DNA from: a virus
Taxonomy: Duplodnaviria; Heunggongvirae; Uroviricota; Caudoviricetes
DNA length: 55,091 nt
IMG/VR virus record: IMGVR_UViG_3300046820_001896
Direction: 5' to 3' (one strand)
Shown here: piece by piece, positions 19,601 through 28,886 of the stretch
Layout: every line of letters starts with the position of its first letter
How positions within the stretch are numbered: position 1 is the stretch's first letter
Program-made: the position numbers and the translations under genes
Notes under the pieces: model-generated
Databases searched by the model: none
The model's input: only the letters and a program-made list of their open reading frames with translations
Told to the model about the DNA's origin: nothing

Positions 19601-20509
19601 ATTAGATCTGGTAACGGTTCTAATGATACAACTAACGGTGCAGTTTTCATTGAGACTACTAATAACGTTTGGTCATTCGATAGAACAGGCGTTTTAACAC
19701 TTCCTGTAAATGGAGACATCGTAAATAGCAATGGAACTTCAGTTCTTGGTGGCGGTGGTGCTTCAACAGGTGATTTCACATTCGCTAATGCAGACATCAC
19801 AGTTAATGATAACGCATCATTAACTGTCACTGGAAATACAGTATTCACTGCTACAATTTCTAGCAATATGGGTATGGCTTGGTCAGAGGATAATTCATTC
19901 CTTGGAACATATACATCAGGAAGTATAGGATATTCTGATTTTGGTCAATTTGATGGACAAAAAGTAATTTTCTTTGACAACGTAATGTCAACGAATTTAA
20001 GTACACAATTGAACGCTATGGCGATTGGTGATACTATTCTTGTTGATGATCTTTCTAATCCATATACAGTAACATTAACATCAGTATTCTCTTCTTCGAT
20101 GGGAAGATTTATTGCTTCTGTTACAACACCAGAATCAAATCGTACTGTTACTAACCAAGTAGTAATTACTAGAACTGTTTCAGATACGAATCAATTCCAG
20201 TTCAAAGGTAATGGTGAATTAGTAGCTCCAAAAGTAGTAGTTGCAACTGCATTAGTCATTCCTTCTTATACAATAAGCGAATGTGGATTTGGTCATAATA
20301 CTGTTGCAGGAACTAATGGTGCAATAATTTCTGTTAGCGATTCTGATCAAGATGTTTCTAATCCTAACATGACAGCAGGTTACTATCCTCCAAACATGTT
20401 AGCATATTGGGTTGGTAATATTAATCAAAATCCTTCTCCTGGTCAAGAAGCTGGAGCTTGGGTATACTTACATCAAACTAGTTCTAATTATCACTTAGTA
20501 GGCAATTAA
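16637..20509 (+). CDS. Large fibre / receptor-binding protein with a T4 gp9/gp10-like N-terminal anchor
   Basis: N-terminus MAKQILNTG..NDKSGDTLRAGGLKIKANFNEIY. Also GSYTDL/GSFNDL repeats, Asp-box motifs (SDDGITW, SDDGIDW, STNGGQVW) and Gly-rich GGDV/GGNV repeats. Confidence 0.7.
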   Translation: MAKQILNTGTSNNDKSGDTLRAGGLKIKANFNEIYAALANDGSNISGGDLLKTGSYTDLRNLPDFHPISTSGSFNDLEDKPELSTFVAAPLTLAGIEGNTTGQIAADDNYVYVCTTDWVEADTYSPLTFVHEDNLVDYLLVAATSDVASTVVLKPGTIAPEVDFTITDGSVTRTITLVTEIGDGQGGVWYECTLDGEFTSVANTQYKIEFAPVAGDFAAHFTWNGAFQPLVDAHAQGTLAAKLFKSGDNTGRVITHAVRDSISNELTITYTGPQFTSFTGMSIVEDQPIIWKRIPLNVAADRLVNGDFEITINSNGGLTFPDGTTQTTAYTGEAGITKFVAVNNDGVISGSDDGITWNEYTSNLSNINRVAVGPNKIVYIADSSDGQGNDQSLWHADTYDTQPIEVTSLSTRGFLEVKYFKSISKFVAVGNDGDGNPSLYYSDDGIDWIGSSVDPTYLQTVVDYTGASFRDIAENELGFFVISGNKTLGGFFLSDITDTMNGDNHVDLSYLSDHPDEVVWANSFYFQGWHLFTDDDIATEAWCYNSESNPTVGTFQTDFITLDGIWENEIGIPGGSLKEFAVGDYAGMSVIMASTNDGQILYWPTIPAGPYVSIPKPYTATITDWTSSSTSAITTTGATGGLGEKFIVTGSTTDYNGTYYLGADGAVFTDNTLTTPFDTTSLDPFTGTATLSWSHGQYIDALHYNDGVFYAGNDNEEMFKSTNGGQVWTKVDQLGGGSGEGDGYLNDIDSYISSAGEITFSGVQIRGKATEGKTGLIKLVPNTNIDEHSFLDNGQFVQIYPTNLYDAPHIHIAAGVGAASEGDIFLGDDNKHVEVNHNGNVSIQSYNDNTEYTYNWSFNTDGSMEFPWIETNIHNGGNQFAQTLKFGNPNQQVIITGPTPEENQNAERIIIQGQRGLGSGEGGDVYLWAGDTDGTNGGDIKIYAGDADQNDSGYGGYVNIDGGRGFNSGGNVEITGGSSPGGNGGNVTIRSGNGSNDTTNGAVFIETTNNVWSFDRTGVLTLPVNGDIVNSNGTSVLGGGGASTGDFTFANADITVNDNASLTVTGNTVFTATISSNMGMAWSEDNSFLGTYTSGSIGYSDFGQFDGQKVIFFDNVMSTNLSTQLNAMAIGDTILVDDLSNPYTVTLTSVFSSSMGRFIASVTTPESNRTVTNQVVITRTVSDTNQFQFKGNGELVAPKVVVATALVIPSYTISECGFGHNTVAGTNGAIISVSDSDQDVSNPNMTAGYYPPNMLAYWVGNINQNPSPGQEAGAWVYLHQTSSNYHLVGN

Positions 20510-21282
20510 TGTTCGGTCAATATTTTTATAACCAACATCTACGTAAGAGCGTTGCCATTTTTGGTACGCTCTTCAACAACATTAGTATTGTTAAGCGTGA
20601 TGTTCAAGGTGACTTATTAAGTAGTCAAAAAGTACCGCTTGCTTATGGTCCTAAGTCAAAGTTCTTAGCGCGTCTACGTGAAGAACCAGATCTATTGGCT
20701 CCTGAGGTTGCGATTCGTTTGCCACGTATGTCATTTGAGATTACTTCTGTTGCATACGATACTGCTGCTAAGGTAAGTAAGAACATTAAATTACAAAATC
20801 CATCTCCAAGAGGATTGAGTTCAATATACACTGGTGCTCCTTATATTTTAGGGATGCAATTAAATATTATTGGTAAAACACAAGATGAAGTGTTACAAAT
20901 CACTGAACAAATTTTACCATACTTCAATCCAGAATATATCGTAACAGTTAGAGAAATTCCCGAGATTGATTTAGTACGTGATATTCCTATTGTACTTCAA
21001 TCAGTTACAATGTCTGACGATTATGAAGGTGAATTTGAAACTCGTCGTACATTGATTTATACACTTGATTTTTCTATGAAGATCCAGTTCTTTGGTCCAG
21101 TTCAGAAAGATATCGGTGTTATTAAAGATGTTACAGTTAATACACGTGATACAGATAGTAGAAGAAAAATTTCTACTGTAAATGCACAAGTTAGTCCGTT
21201 TGGTGCCAATGCAGAAGATGATTATCAAATCATCCAAACGAATATTCAGTATGATAATGATTTTGGATTTAGTGAAGAGTGA
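20509..21282 (+). CDS. gp15: Tail sheath stabiliser/terminator gp15
   Basis: VPLAYGPKSKFLARL, RLPRMSFEI and EQILPYFNP motifs. Confidence 0.92.
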   Translation: MFGQYFYNQHLRKSVAIFGTLFNNISIVKRDVQGDLLSSQKVPLAYGPKSKFLARLREEPDLLAPEVAIRLPRMSFEITSVAYDTAAKVSKNIKLQNPSPRGLSSIYTGAPYILGMQLNIIGKTQDEVLQITEQILPYFNPEYIVTVREIPEIDLVRDIPIVLQSVTMSDDYEGEFETRRTLIYTLDFSMKIQFFGPVQKDIGVIKDVTVNTRDTDSRRKISTVNAQVSPFGANAEDDYQIIQTNIQYDNDFGFSEE

Positions 21283-21752
21283 ACGACATGAAAAGTATAG
21301 ATAATACTGTAAGCAAGAAAGAAAAGATAGCAGAAGCCCTTAATAAGAATTTGCCGATATCGGCAGTTACAGAATCTTCGCAACCGGTCGATGACTTGCA
21401 AGTCGACTATGATGTGTCGAGAGAGACATATAAAGAGCTTATCACTAAGGGTAATGAAGCTATTGATTTGATGATGGAACTCGCGAGAGATTCACAACAT
21501 CCTCGTGCTTTCGAAGTATTAGCTGGCCTTCTAAAAACGCAAGCCGACAATACTGATAAACTAGCTGACCTTCAAAAGAAGGTACAGAACCTTCGTGCAG
21601 GTCCGAAGGGAAAAAATCAGTCTTCGTCACCTGAAAAAATTACAAATAATAATGTGTTTGTAGGATCAACAACAGACCTACAACGTTTTATTCTCTCACA
21701 ACAGAATAAGAGTACAGTGATCGATGTCAACAGCAACCCACCTAACGAATAA
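21279..21752 (+). CDS. gp16: Terminase small subunit gp16
   Basis: HPRAFEV and NNVFVGSTTDLQ motifs; directly upstream of gp17. Confidence 0.9.
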   Translation: MNDMKSIDNTVSKKEKIAEALNKNLPISAVTESSQPVDDLQVDYDVSRETYKELITKGNEAIDLMMELARDSQHPRAFEVLAGLLKTQADNTDKLADLQKKVQNLRAGPKGKNQSSSPEKITNNNVFVGSTTDLQRFILSQQNKSTVIDVNSNPPNE

Positions 21753-23373
21753 CGAATTTGGTTACCTTGGTAACCCGCTTGTTAAACGCGACGGTGTCGA
21801 GCAAACCTTTTCCCAAGAAGAATTAACCGAATACATTCGATGTATGAATGATCCTGCGTACTTCGCAAAGAAGTACATTAAGATCATTAACTTGGATAGA
21901 GGTTTAGTACCGTTTGATTTGTACCCATATCAGGGTAACATGTTCGACCACTTCAACAATAATCGATTCTCAATCGTACTTGCTTGTCGACAATCTGGTA
22001 AATCTATTTCTTCTGTCGTATACATTCTTTGGTATGCGATTTTTAAACCAGAACAAACAATTGCTATCTTAGCTAACAAAGGTGCAACTGCACAGGAAAT
22101 GTTAGGACGTGTTACGCTTGCGTTAGAAAACTTACCATTCTTTTTGCAACCTGGTTGTAAGACACTAAACAAAAAATCGATTGAGTTCTCTAATAACTCT
22201 CGTATCGTTGCAGCTGCAACATCAGGCAACTCAATTCGTGGTATGTCTGTTAACTTACTATTCCTTGACGAATTTGCGTTCGTTGAAAACGATGGTACAT
22301 TCTATACATCTACATATCCTGTAATTACATCAGGTAAAACAACTCGTGTTATTATTACATCTACTGCAAACGGTTTAGGTAACACATTCCATAAATTATG
22401 GGAAGGTGCAGTACAAGGTACTAATGATTTTAAACCATTCCGCGTGGATTGGTGGGATGTTCCTGGTCGTGATGAAGAATGGCGTCGTCAAACGATTGCT
22501 AACACATCTGAATTACAGTTCGACCAAGAATTCGGCAATAACTTCCATGGTACAGGTAATACACTAATTAATGCAAATGCATTGTTATCATTGAAGTCTA
22601 AAGAACCACTCTATTCAATGAATAATGTAAACGTATATGAAACTCCTATCAAAAGAGATTTGGCAGAACCTGAATCAAAAGATCATAATTATATCATGCT
22701 TGTGGATGTCGCTAAAGGTCGCGGTCAAGATTATTCTACGTTTAACATAATCGATACAAGCACAAATCCATTTAGACAAGTAGCAACATATAGAGACAAC
22801 TTAGTTTCTCCATTATTGTTCCCCGATATCATTTATAAATATGCTAACCTATACAATAAAGCGTTAGTAGTTATTGAAAACAATGACGCTGGTCAAGTCG
22901 TATGTAACGGCATATTTTACGACTTAGAATATGAAAATGTTTATACTTCTAATGGTGTTAAAGCCGATGCCATTGGTGTGTATATGGATAAAAAGACCAA
23001 GAAGATTGGTTGCTCACACATTAAAGATTTGGTTGAACAGAAAAAGATCGAGATTGTGGATGCTGAGACTATTGTTGAGATGTCAACATTTGTTTCTAAA
23101 GGTCAATCATACGAAGCTATGGTTGGTATGCACGATGACTTGATGATGAACTTAGTTATGTTCGGTTGGTTTGCTGCTACACCAATGTTTGCAGAATCAA
23201 TTGACACTGGCATGAGAGAATATATCTATGCTCAGCAAATGAAACAAATCGAGGACGAAGTACTACCATTTGGGTTTAATGATGATGGTAGACAAGAAGA
23301 AAACCCAACACACGTAGATAACGAGGGACAAGTTTGGCGAGAGTTTAATTGGCCAGATACATTTAAAGAATGA
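21724..23373 (+). CDS. gp17: Terminase large subunit gp17
   Basis: Walker A RQSGKS, Walker B LFLDEFAF, nuclease motifs VDVAKGRGQDYS and HDDL. Confidence 0.97.
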   Translation: MSTATHLTNNEFGYLGNPLVKRDGVEQTFSQEELTEYIRCMNDPAYFAKKYIKIINLDRGLVPFDLYPYQGNMFDHFNNNRFSIVLACRQSGKSISSVVYILWYAIFKPEQTIAILANKGATAQEMLGRVTLALENLPFFLQPGCKTLNKKSIEFSNNSRIVAAATSGNSIRGMSVNLLFLDEFAFVENDGTFYTSTYPVITSGKTTRVIITSTANGLGNTFHKLWEGAVQGTNDFKPFRVDWWDVPGRDEEWRRQTIANTSELQFDQEFGNNFHGTGNTLINANALLSLKSKEPLYSMNNVNVYETPIKRDLAEPESKDHNYIMLVDVAKGRGQDYSTFNIIDTSTNPFRQVATYRDNLVSPLLFPDIIYKYANLYNKALVVIENNDAGQVVCNGIFYDLEYENVYTSNGVKADAIGVYMDKKTKKIGCSHIKDLVEQKKIEIVDAETIVEMSTFVSKGQSYEAMVGMHDDLMMNLVMFGWFAATPMFAESIDTGMREYIYAQQMKQIEDEVLPFGFNDDGRQEENPTHVDNEGQVWREFNWPDTFKE

Positions 23374-24413
23374 CATTTGCATTAATACTATTTGCATCAG
23401 CATTTTTAATTTCATCAGTAGCAGCATACTATTCTGTTGCTGGTTTGGTGGCTATTTTCTCAAGCGCAACGCTTGCATCTGTTGTTATGGGTGGAGCGTT
23501 AGAAGCTGCTAAGCTTGTATCAGCTTCATGGTTATATCGTAATTGGAAAGAAGCACCTAGACTTCTAAAATATTATTTTACATTTGCTGTTATTGTATTA
23601 TCAGTAATTACTTCTATGGGTATCTTTGGTTATTTGTCAAAAGCACATTTAGATCAATCGGTAATTATTGGTGGTAGTGCAGATAAAGTTAGAATATTAG
23701 ATGAAAAAATTAAAGTCTCAAAAGAAAATATTGAACAATCGCGCAAAGCTCTTAAACAATTGGATGAGGCAGTGGACCAAACGATGGCACGTTCTACATC
23801 AGAAGAAGGTGCCGGAAAAGCGACTGCGTTGCGTAGGTCTCAACAAGCTGAACGTAAAAGGTTATTATCGGACATCGAAGCCGAACAAAAGCGAGTGTCT
23901 ATTATTAATGAAGAGCGTTTACCACTACAAGCTGAACTCACTAAGATAGAATCAGAAGTAGGACCAATTAAATATGTTGCTGAACTAGTTTATGGTTCTA
24001 GCGATGAAGATATGATTGGTAAAGCAGTAAGATTGATGATTATATTAATCATCTTAGTTTTTGATCCATTGGCTATTTTGCTACTAATAGCTGCGAATAT
24101 GGAAATGAGGAAAAGCACTCCTTCGAAAAGTGTTGAAGAAGTAGCAAATGAGAAGAAAGAGGAAAGAGTCATGGAATGGACAACCTCTGCACTGACACCT
24201 AGGAAACCGCGTAAACCAGTAAAGCCTAAAAAGCCAACTAGAAGTTTACCGATTAAACCTAAAAAGCCAAGTAAACCAAAACCAGTGCCTAAAAAGAAAC
24301 CAACACCAAAGACGCCTAAAAAACCGGTACCTAAAAAACGACCAGTTAAAAAGACGACTAATGACGAAGACATTGTGATTAAGAGAAGCACAGTTTATAG
24401 GTTTGATGGCTAG
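23370..24413 (+). CDS. Membrane protein with coiled coil and Lys/Pro-rich C-terminal tail
   Basis: Three N-terminal TM segments (YYSVAGL, LEAAKLVSASWLY), a coiled coil, a further TM segment (IILVFDPLAILLLIAAN) and KPxKP repeats. Confidence 0.7.
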   Translation: MTFALILFASAFLISSVAAYYSVAGLVAIFSSATLASVVMGGALEAAKLVSASWLYRNWKEAPRLLKYYFTFAVIVLSVITSMGIFGYLSKAHLDQSVIIGGSADKVRILDEKIKVSKENIEQSRKALKQLDEAVDQTMARSTSEEGAGKATALRRSQQAERKRLLSDIEAEQKRVSIINEERLPLQAELTKIESEVGPIKYVAELVYGSSDEDMIGKAVRLMIILIILVFDPLAILLLIAANMEMRKSTPSKSVEEVANEKKEERVMEWTTSALTPRKPRKPVKPKKPTRSLPIKPKKPSKPKPVPKKKPTPKTPKKPVPKKRPVKKTTNDEDIVIKRSTVYRFDG

Positions 24414-24425
24414 AAAACCATAACT

Positions 24426-24433
24426 TATAAATA
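24426..24433 (+). promoter_or_regulatory. T4 late promoter upstream of gp18
   Basis: Exact TATAAATA in the intergenic region. Confidence 0.85.
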
Positions 24434-24514
24434 TATGTAGAAGTGAATAATTCTTATCATGACACATATTATGCTCTCAATAATCCATATTAACTAAAAT
24501 CGAGGTAGAGAAAA

Positions 24515-26197
24515 ATGGCTTTTCAAGTTTCTCCTGGCGTAGCAATACGCGAAATCGATCTGACTAACGTCGTACCTGCAGTCTCTACTTCAATTGGAGC
24601 TGTGGTTATCAACGGTACAAAGGGTCCGATCGAGGAGATTGTAACCATTACTTCTGAGAAAGAATTGGTAGATTCATTTGGTGTTCCAAATGACGACACA
24701 GCAGCTTACTTTTTTAATGCTGCAGCTTTCTTAAAGTACGGTAATAATCTTAAAGTGGTTCGCGCAGCAGGCGCAGCAGCAAAAAATGCTACTGCAACTG
24801 GCGGCGGACTTTTAATCAAGAATAAAGATCACTATGAAACTAACTTCATGGGTGGTGAAGCGACTCAAGGTGCTTGGGCTGCTCGTCACGCTGGTGTTAT
24901 GGGCAACAGCCTAACAGTTTCTGTTGTAACTAATGCAACTGCTTATGCAACTTGGACAGACTATTCAGGTCTATTCGAAACTGCACCAGGCACATCTTCA
25001 TTTGCTGCTGCTAAAGGCGGTTCTGCGGATGAAATGCATATCGTTGTTGTAGACTCAGATGGTGCCATTACCGGTACTGCTGGTACAGTATTAGAGAAAT
25101 TCTCTTATGTTTCACAAGCTCGTGATGCTAAGAAATTTGATGGTACTTCAAACTACTACAAAGAAGTTATCAACGCAACATCTAATTATATTTGGTGGTT
25201 AGATCATGATTCAGGTTTATCAAACGCTGGTTCATTATCAACAGATATGACATTCACAACAGACGATGAAGTATTAGAATACACATTGGCTGGTGGTGTT
25301 GACGCTAACACATTAGATGCAGGTGATATTGATACTGGTTATCAAGTGTTTAACGACGCTGAAACAGTTGACGTTAACCTATTAATCGGTGCTCCAACTC
25401 TTGATGGTGAAGATGGCGAAACTCAAGCCGCTAATCTATTAGCGATTGCAGAAAATCGTAACGACGTTATCGCGTTCGTTTCTCCTCCAGTATCAGCAAC
25501 AGCTGCATCAACAACTCCAAAAGAAGATGTTCTTGCATTTGCTGACACACTAACAAGCACATCATATGGCTTCTTAGATTCTACAGCTGTTAAGATTTAT
25601 GACAAGTACAACGACGTATATCGTTGGATCCCTGCTGCTGGTCACATGGCTGGTCTATGTGCTAATACAGACAACGTTGCTGACGCATGGTTCTCACCAG
25701 GTGGCTTCAATCGCGGTCAATTATTAGGTATCACTAAAGTTGCTTTTAATCCTAAGAAAGCAGAGCGTGATGACTTGTACAAGAAGCGTGTTAACCCAAT
25801 CGTATCATTCCCTGGTGAAGGTACTGTATTGTTTGGTGACAAGACTCTTCAAGCTAAACCATCAGCATTTGATCGTATTAACGTACGTCGCTTGTTTATC
25901 GTTTTAGAAAAAGCTATTTCAACTGCTGCTAAATACCAGTTGTTCGAGCTTAACGACGAATTCACTCGTGCTATGTTCCGTAACATGACAGAACCTTTCC
26001 TTCGTGAGATTCAAGGTCGTCGTGGTATTACTGACTTCAAGGTTGTTTGTGACGAGACAAATAACACAGGTGAGATTATCGATAGCAACCAATTCGTTGC
26101 AGATATCTACATCAAGCCAGCACGTTCAATTAACTTTATTACTCTGAACTTCATTGCCACTCGTACTGGTGTTGACTTCTCAGAAATTGGAGGTTAA
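24515..26197 (+). CDS. gp18: Tail sheath protein gp18
   Basis: SPGVAIREIDLT, AFDRINVRRLF and IKPARSINFITLNF motifs. Confidence 0.97.
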   Translation: MAFQVSPGVAIREIDLTNVVPAVSTSIGAVVINGTKGPIEEIVTITSEKELVDSFGVPNDDTAAYFFNAAAFLKYGNNLKVVRAAGAAAKNATATGGGLLIKNKDHYETNFMGGEATQGAWAARHAGVMGNSLTVSVVTNATAYATWTDYSGLFETAPGTSSFAAAKGGSADEMHIVVVDSDGAITGTAGTVLEKFSYVSQARDAKKFDGTSNYYKEVINATSNYIWWLDHDSGLSNAGSLSTDMTFTTDDEVLEYTLAGGVDANTLDAGDIDTGYQVFNDAETVDVNLLIGAPTLDGEDGETQAANLLAIAENRNDVIAFVSPPVSATAASTTPKEDVLAFADTLTSTSYGFLDSTAVKIYDKYNDVYRWIPAAGHMAGLCANTDNVADAWFSPGGFNRGQLLGITKVAFNPKKAERDDLYKKRVNPIVSFPGEGTVLFGDKTLQAKPSAFDRINVRRLFIVLEKAISTAAKYQLFELNDEFTRAMFRNMTEPFLREIQGRRGITDFKVVCDETNNTGEIIDSNQFVADIYIKPARSINFITLNFIATRTGVDFSEIGG

Positions 26198-26199
26198 TC

Positions 26200-26727
26200 A
26201 TGGCTATTCTAGGCGTAGATGATTTTAAATCGAAACTAGTTGGTGGTGGTGCACGTCCTAACCTGTTCAAAGCTACTATTAACTTTCCAGCTTATGCTGG
26301 TGGTGAAGTTGAATTAACTTCATTCTTGGTTAAAGCAGCACAATTACCTGCATCAACAATCGGTACAGTAAACGTTCCATTCCGTGGTCGTCAAGTATTG
26401 ATTGCAGGTGATCGTACATTTGAACCATGGACAATCACTGTCATTAACGACACTGACTTTAAAGTTCGCAATGCTTTCGAGCGTTGGATGAATGGTATTA
26501 ATCAGCATCGTAACAATACAGGTTTAACTAACCCAATTGATTACCAAGCTGACATGTCAGTAGCACAACTTGATAAAGCAGGCAATGAAGTTAAAGTGTA
26601 CAACTTCCGTGGTACATTCCCAACTGCAGTGTCTTCAATTGAGTTGTCATATGAATCAACAGACGCAATCGAAGAATTCACAGTTGAACTACAAGTTCAG
26701 TACTGGGAATCTGACACAACGTCTTAA
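26200..26727 (+). CDS. gp19: Tail tube protein gp19
   Basis: GGARPNLF and FRGR..IAGDRTFEPWTITVIND motifs. Confidence 0.97.
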   Translation: MAILGVDDFKSKLVGGGARPNLFKATINFPAYAGGEVELTSFLVKAAQLPASTIGTVNVPFRGRQVLIAGDRTFEPWTITVINDTDFKVRNAFERWMNGINQHRNNTGLTNPIDYQADMSVAQLDKAGNEVKVYNFRGTFPTAVSSIELSYESTDAIEEFTVELQVQYWESDTTS

Positions 26728-26735
26728 TTAGAGTT

Positions 26736-26767
26736 GATAAATAGGAGAGAGGAGAAATTCTCTCTCC
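26736..26767 (+). promoter_or_regulatory. Late-promoter variant GATAAATA followed by an 8-bp hairpin upstream of gp20
   Basis: GATAAATA at 26736-26743 and GGAGAGAG-GAGAAATT-CTCTCTCC at 26744-26767. Confidence 0.55.
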
Positions 26768-26793
26768 ACTTTGTTATTAGATAAAGGCATAAA

Positions 26794-28416
26794 ATGGAAT
26801 TATTCGGCTTCGAAATATCACGTAAAAAGCAAGAAGAAGAACAAGCGAAGAAACAATCGTTTGTTGCACCTGACACCGATGACGGCGCGACCGTTGTAGC
26901 GGAGGGTGGTTACTATGGCCAATACGTTGACATCGAGGGCGTTAAGGCTAAAGACGATGCGGACTTAATTAAAAAGTACCGTGAAATCTCTCTTTATCCT
27001 GAATGCGATGCAGCAATCACGGATATCGTTAATGAAGCGATCGTAGCAGATGATGATGTACAACCAATTGACGTTATTACAGACGATCTAAAATATAATG
27101 ATAAGATTAAGAAACTAATTAAAGAAGAATTTGATCAAGTAGTTAAGCTATTAAAGTTTAATGCTAACTCACATGATATCTTCCGTAAATGGTATGTAGA
27201 TGGTCGTATCTACTATCACATGATTATTGACGAGCAAAACCCTAAAGCAGGTATCTTGGAGTTACGTCCTATTGATGCACTTAAGATTCGTAAAGTACGT
27301 TCAGTAATCGAAGATAAAGATCCAAAAACTGGTGCTAAATTAATTAAAGGCTTCAACGAGTTCTACATTTATAATGAGAACGTTGGAAATACAACTAATC
27401 CTGGTGGATTAAATGCTGGTGGTGGTTTACGTAATGCATCTGGTTTAAAGATCGCTAAAGACTCTATCGTATATGTACCATCAGGTTTGATTGAGAGCAC
27501 ATCTAAGAAGATGCTTTCATATTTGTATAAAGCGCTGAAGCCAGTAAATCAATTACGTATGATGGAAGACTCACTTGTTATCTATCGTATGGCTCGTGCA
27601 CCAGAACGTCGTATTTTCTACATCGACGTTGGTAACTTACCTAAAGGTAAAGCTGAGTCATATCTACGTGATATTATGGCTCGCTACAAAAACAAGATTG
27701 TTTATGATGCAACTACTGGTGAGATCCGTGATGATCGTAAACATATGGCTATGTTGGAAGATTTCTGGCTTCCTCGTCGTGAAGGTGGTAAAGGTACAGA
27801 AATTTCTACATTACCAGGCGGCGAAAATCTTGGTCAAATCGAAGATATCATTTACTTCCAAAAGAAATTGTATCGTTCATTAAACGTACCTATGTCTCGT
27901 ATGGAGACAGAGACTGGATTCTCACTAGGTCGTTCAAATGAAATCTCTCGTGATGAATTAAAATTCAATAAATTTGTTTCACGTCTTCGCAAAAAATTTG
28001 CTGATCTATTTTTACAAGTCTTAAAGACTCAACTGATCTTAAAAGGTGTTATCTCCAGAGAAGATTGGGAACAGATTAAAGAAGATATTATTATCGACTT
28101 TAAGAAAGACAACTACTTTGCAGAATTAAAAGATGCAGAGATGTTGCGTGAGCGTATGAATACGCTTCAGCTAGTAGATCCATTTGTAGGCAAATACTAT
28201 TCTCGTCTATGGGTTCGTAAGCATATCCTTCAACAGTCAGATACTGATATCGAAGAGATTGATGCACAGATGGAACAAGAACCTCCATCAGCAGAACAAA
28301 TGGCTATGATGCAGCAACAACAAGAACAAGAAGGTGCGGAAGAAGATCAAGGAGAAGAACCAACTCCAGATAATCCAGCAGCTCCTCCAATTGATGGTGA
28401 TGTAACCACAAAATAA
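26794..28416 (+). CDS. gp20: Portal protein gp20
   Basis: WYVDGRIYYH, RAPERRIFYIDVGNLPK and EDFWLPRREGGKGTEI motifs. Confidence 0.97.
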   Translation: MELFGFEISRKKQEEEQAKKQSFVAPDTDDGATVVAEGGYYGQYVDIEGVKAKDDADLIKKYREISLYPECDAAITDIVNEAIVADDDVQPIDVITDDLKYNDKIKKLIKEEFDQVVKLLKFNANSHDIFRKWYVDGRIYYHMIIDEQNPKAGILELRPIDALKIRKVRSVIEDKDPKTGAKLIKGFNEFYIYNENVGNTTNPGGLNAGGGLRNASGLKIAKDSIVYVPSGLIESTSKKMLSYLYKALKPVNQLRMMEDSLVIYRMARAPERRIFYIDVGNLPKGKAESYLRDIMARYKNKIVYDATTGEIRDDRKHMAMLEDFWLPRREGGKGTEISTLPGGENLGQIEDIIYFQKKLYRSLNVPMSRMETETGFSLGRSNEISRDELKFNKFVSRLRKKFADLFLQVLKTQLILKGVISREDWEQIKEDIIIDFKKDNYFAELKDAEMLRERMNTLQLVDPFVGKYYSRLWVRKHILQQSDTDIEEIDAQMEQEPPSAEQMAMMQQQQEQEGAEEDQGEEPTPDNPAAPPIDGDVTTK

Positions 28417-28435
28417 TAGTGGAAACAAATTTTTT

Positions 28436-28443
28436 TATAAATA
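28436..28443 (+). promoter_or_regulatory. T4 late promoter for the prohead core/capsid genes
   Basis: Exact TATAAATA just upstream of 28459. Confidence 0.85.
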
Positions 28444-28458
28444 TATTGAAAGAAGGCA

Positions 28459-28704
28459 ATGATGAGTGAATTGGCTAATAACCTATTAGACGCTATAGCA
28501 TTAGGCAATGAAGAGCAAATGAAAACAGCTTTTTCAGCAGCTATGAGCGATAAGATTAATGATAGTCTTCAGGCAAGAAAGATTGAGTTGGCGCAGCGCA
28601 TTTATGGCGATGCACTACAGTCTTCTGAAACTAATGATGATGCAAATGATACGGATTCGGAAATAGAAACGGTAGCATCAACAGATGGAACAGAAGAGGT
28701 TTAA
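28459..28704 (+). CDS. Prohead core protein, gp67-like
   Basis: Small acidic protein at the gp67 position between gp20 and gp21. Confidence 0.65.
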   Translation: MMSELANNLLDAIALGNEEQMKTAFSAAMSDKINDSLQARKIELAQRIYGDALQSSETNDDANDTDSEIETVASTDGTEEV

Positions 28705-28882
28705 AAGTCTAAGAGAATCGGTTTCTTTAAAAACATTTGAAACCGATGATTATAGGGTTGAGGTTCGTCAGAACTTCAGCTCTTATGACATTTTTGTAAA
28801 CGACCAATTGGTTGAATCGTTTAAAACTAAGGAGATGGCTTTAGAGGTTGCAGAACAATCTATTGAAGCTTTAAAAAAATAA
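28685..28882 (+). CDS. Small prohead core protein, gp68-like position
   Basis: Synteny and KRFKSLRE N-terminus; overlaps the upstream gene. Confidence 0.5.
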   Translation: MEQKRFKSLRESVSLKTFETDDYRVEVRQNFSSYDIFVNDQLVESFKTKEMALEVAEQSIEALKK

Positions 28883-28886
28883 GAAT

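Noticed and set aside
24180-24360. Lys/Pro codon repeats as a DNA-level tandem repeat or contingency locus
   Set aside because: The repeats are degenerate at the nucleotide level and are explained by protein low complexity.
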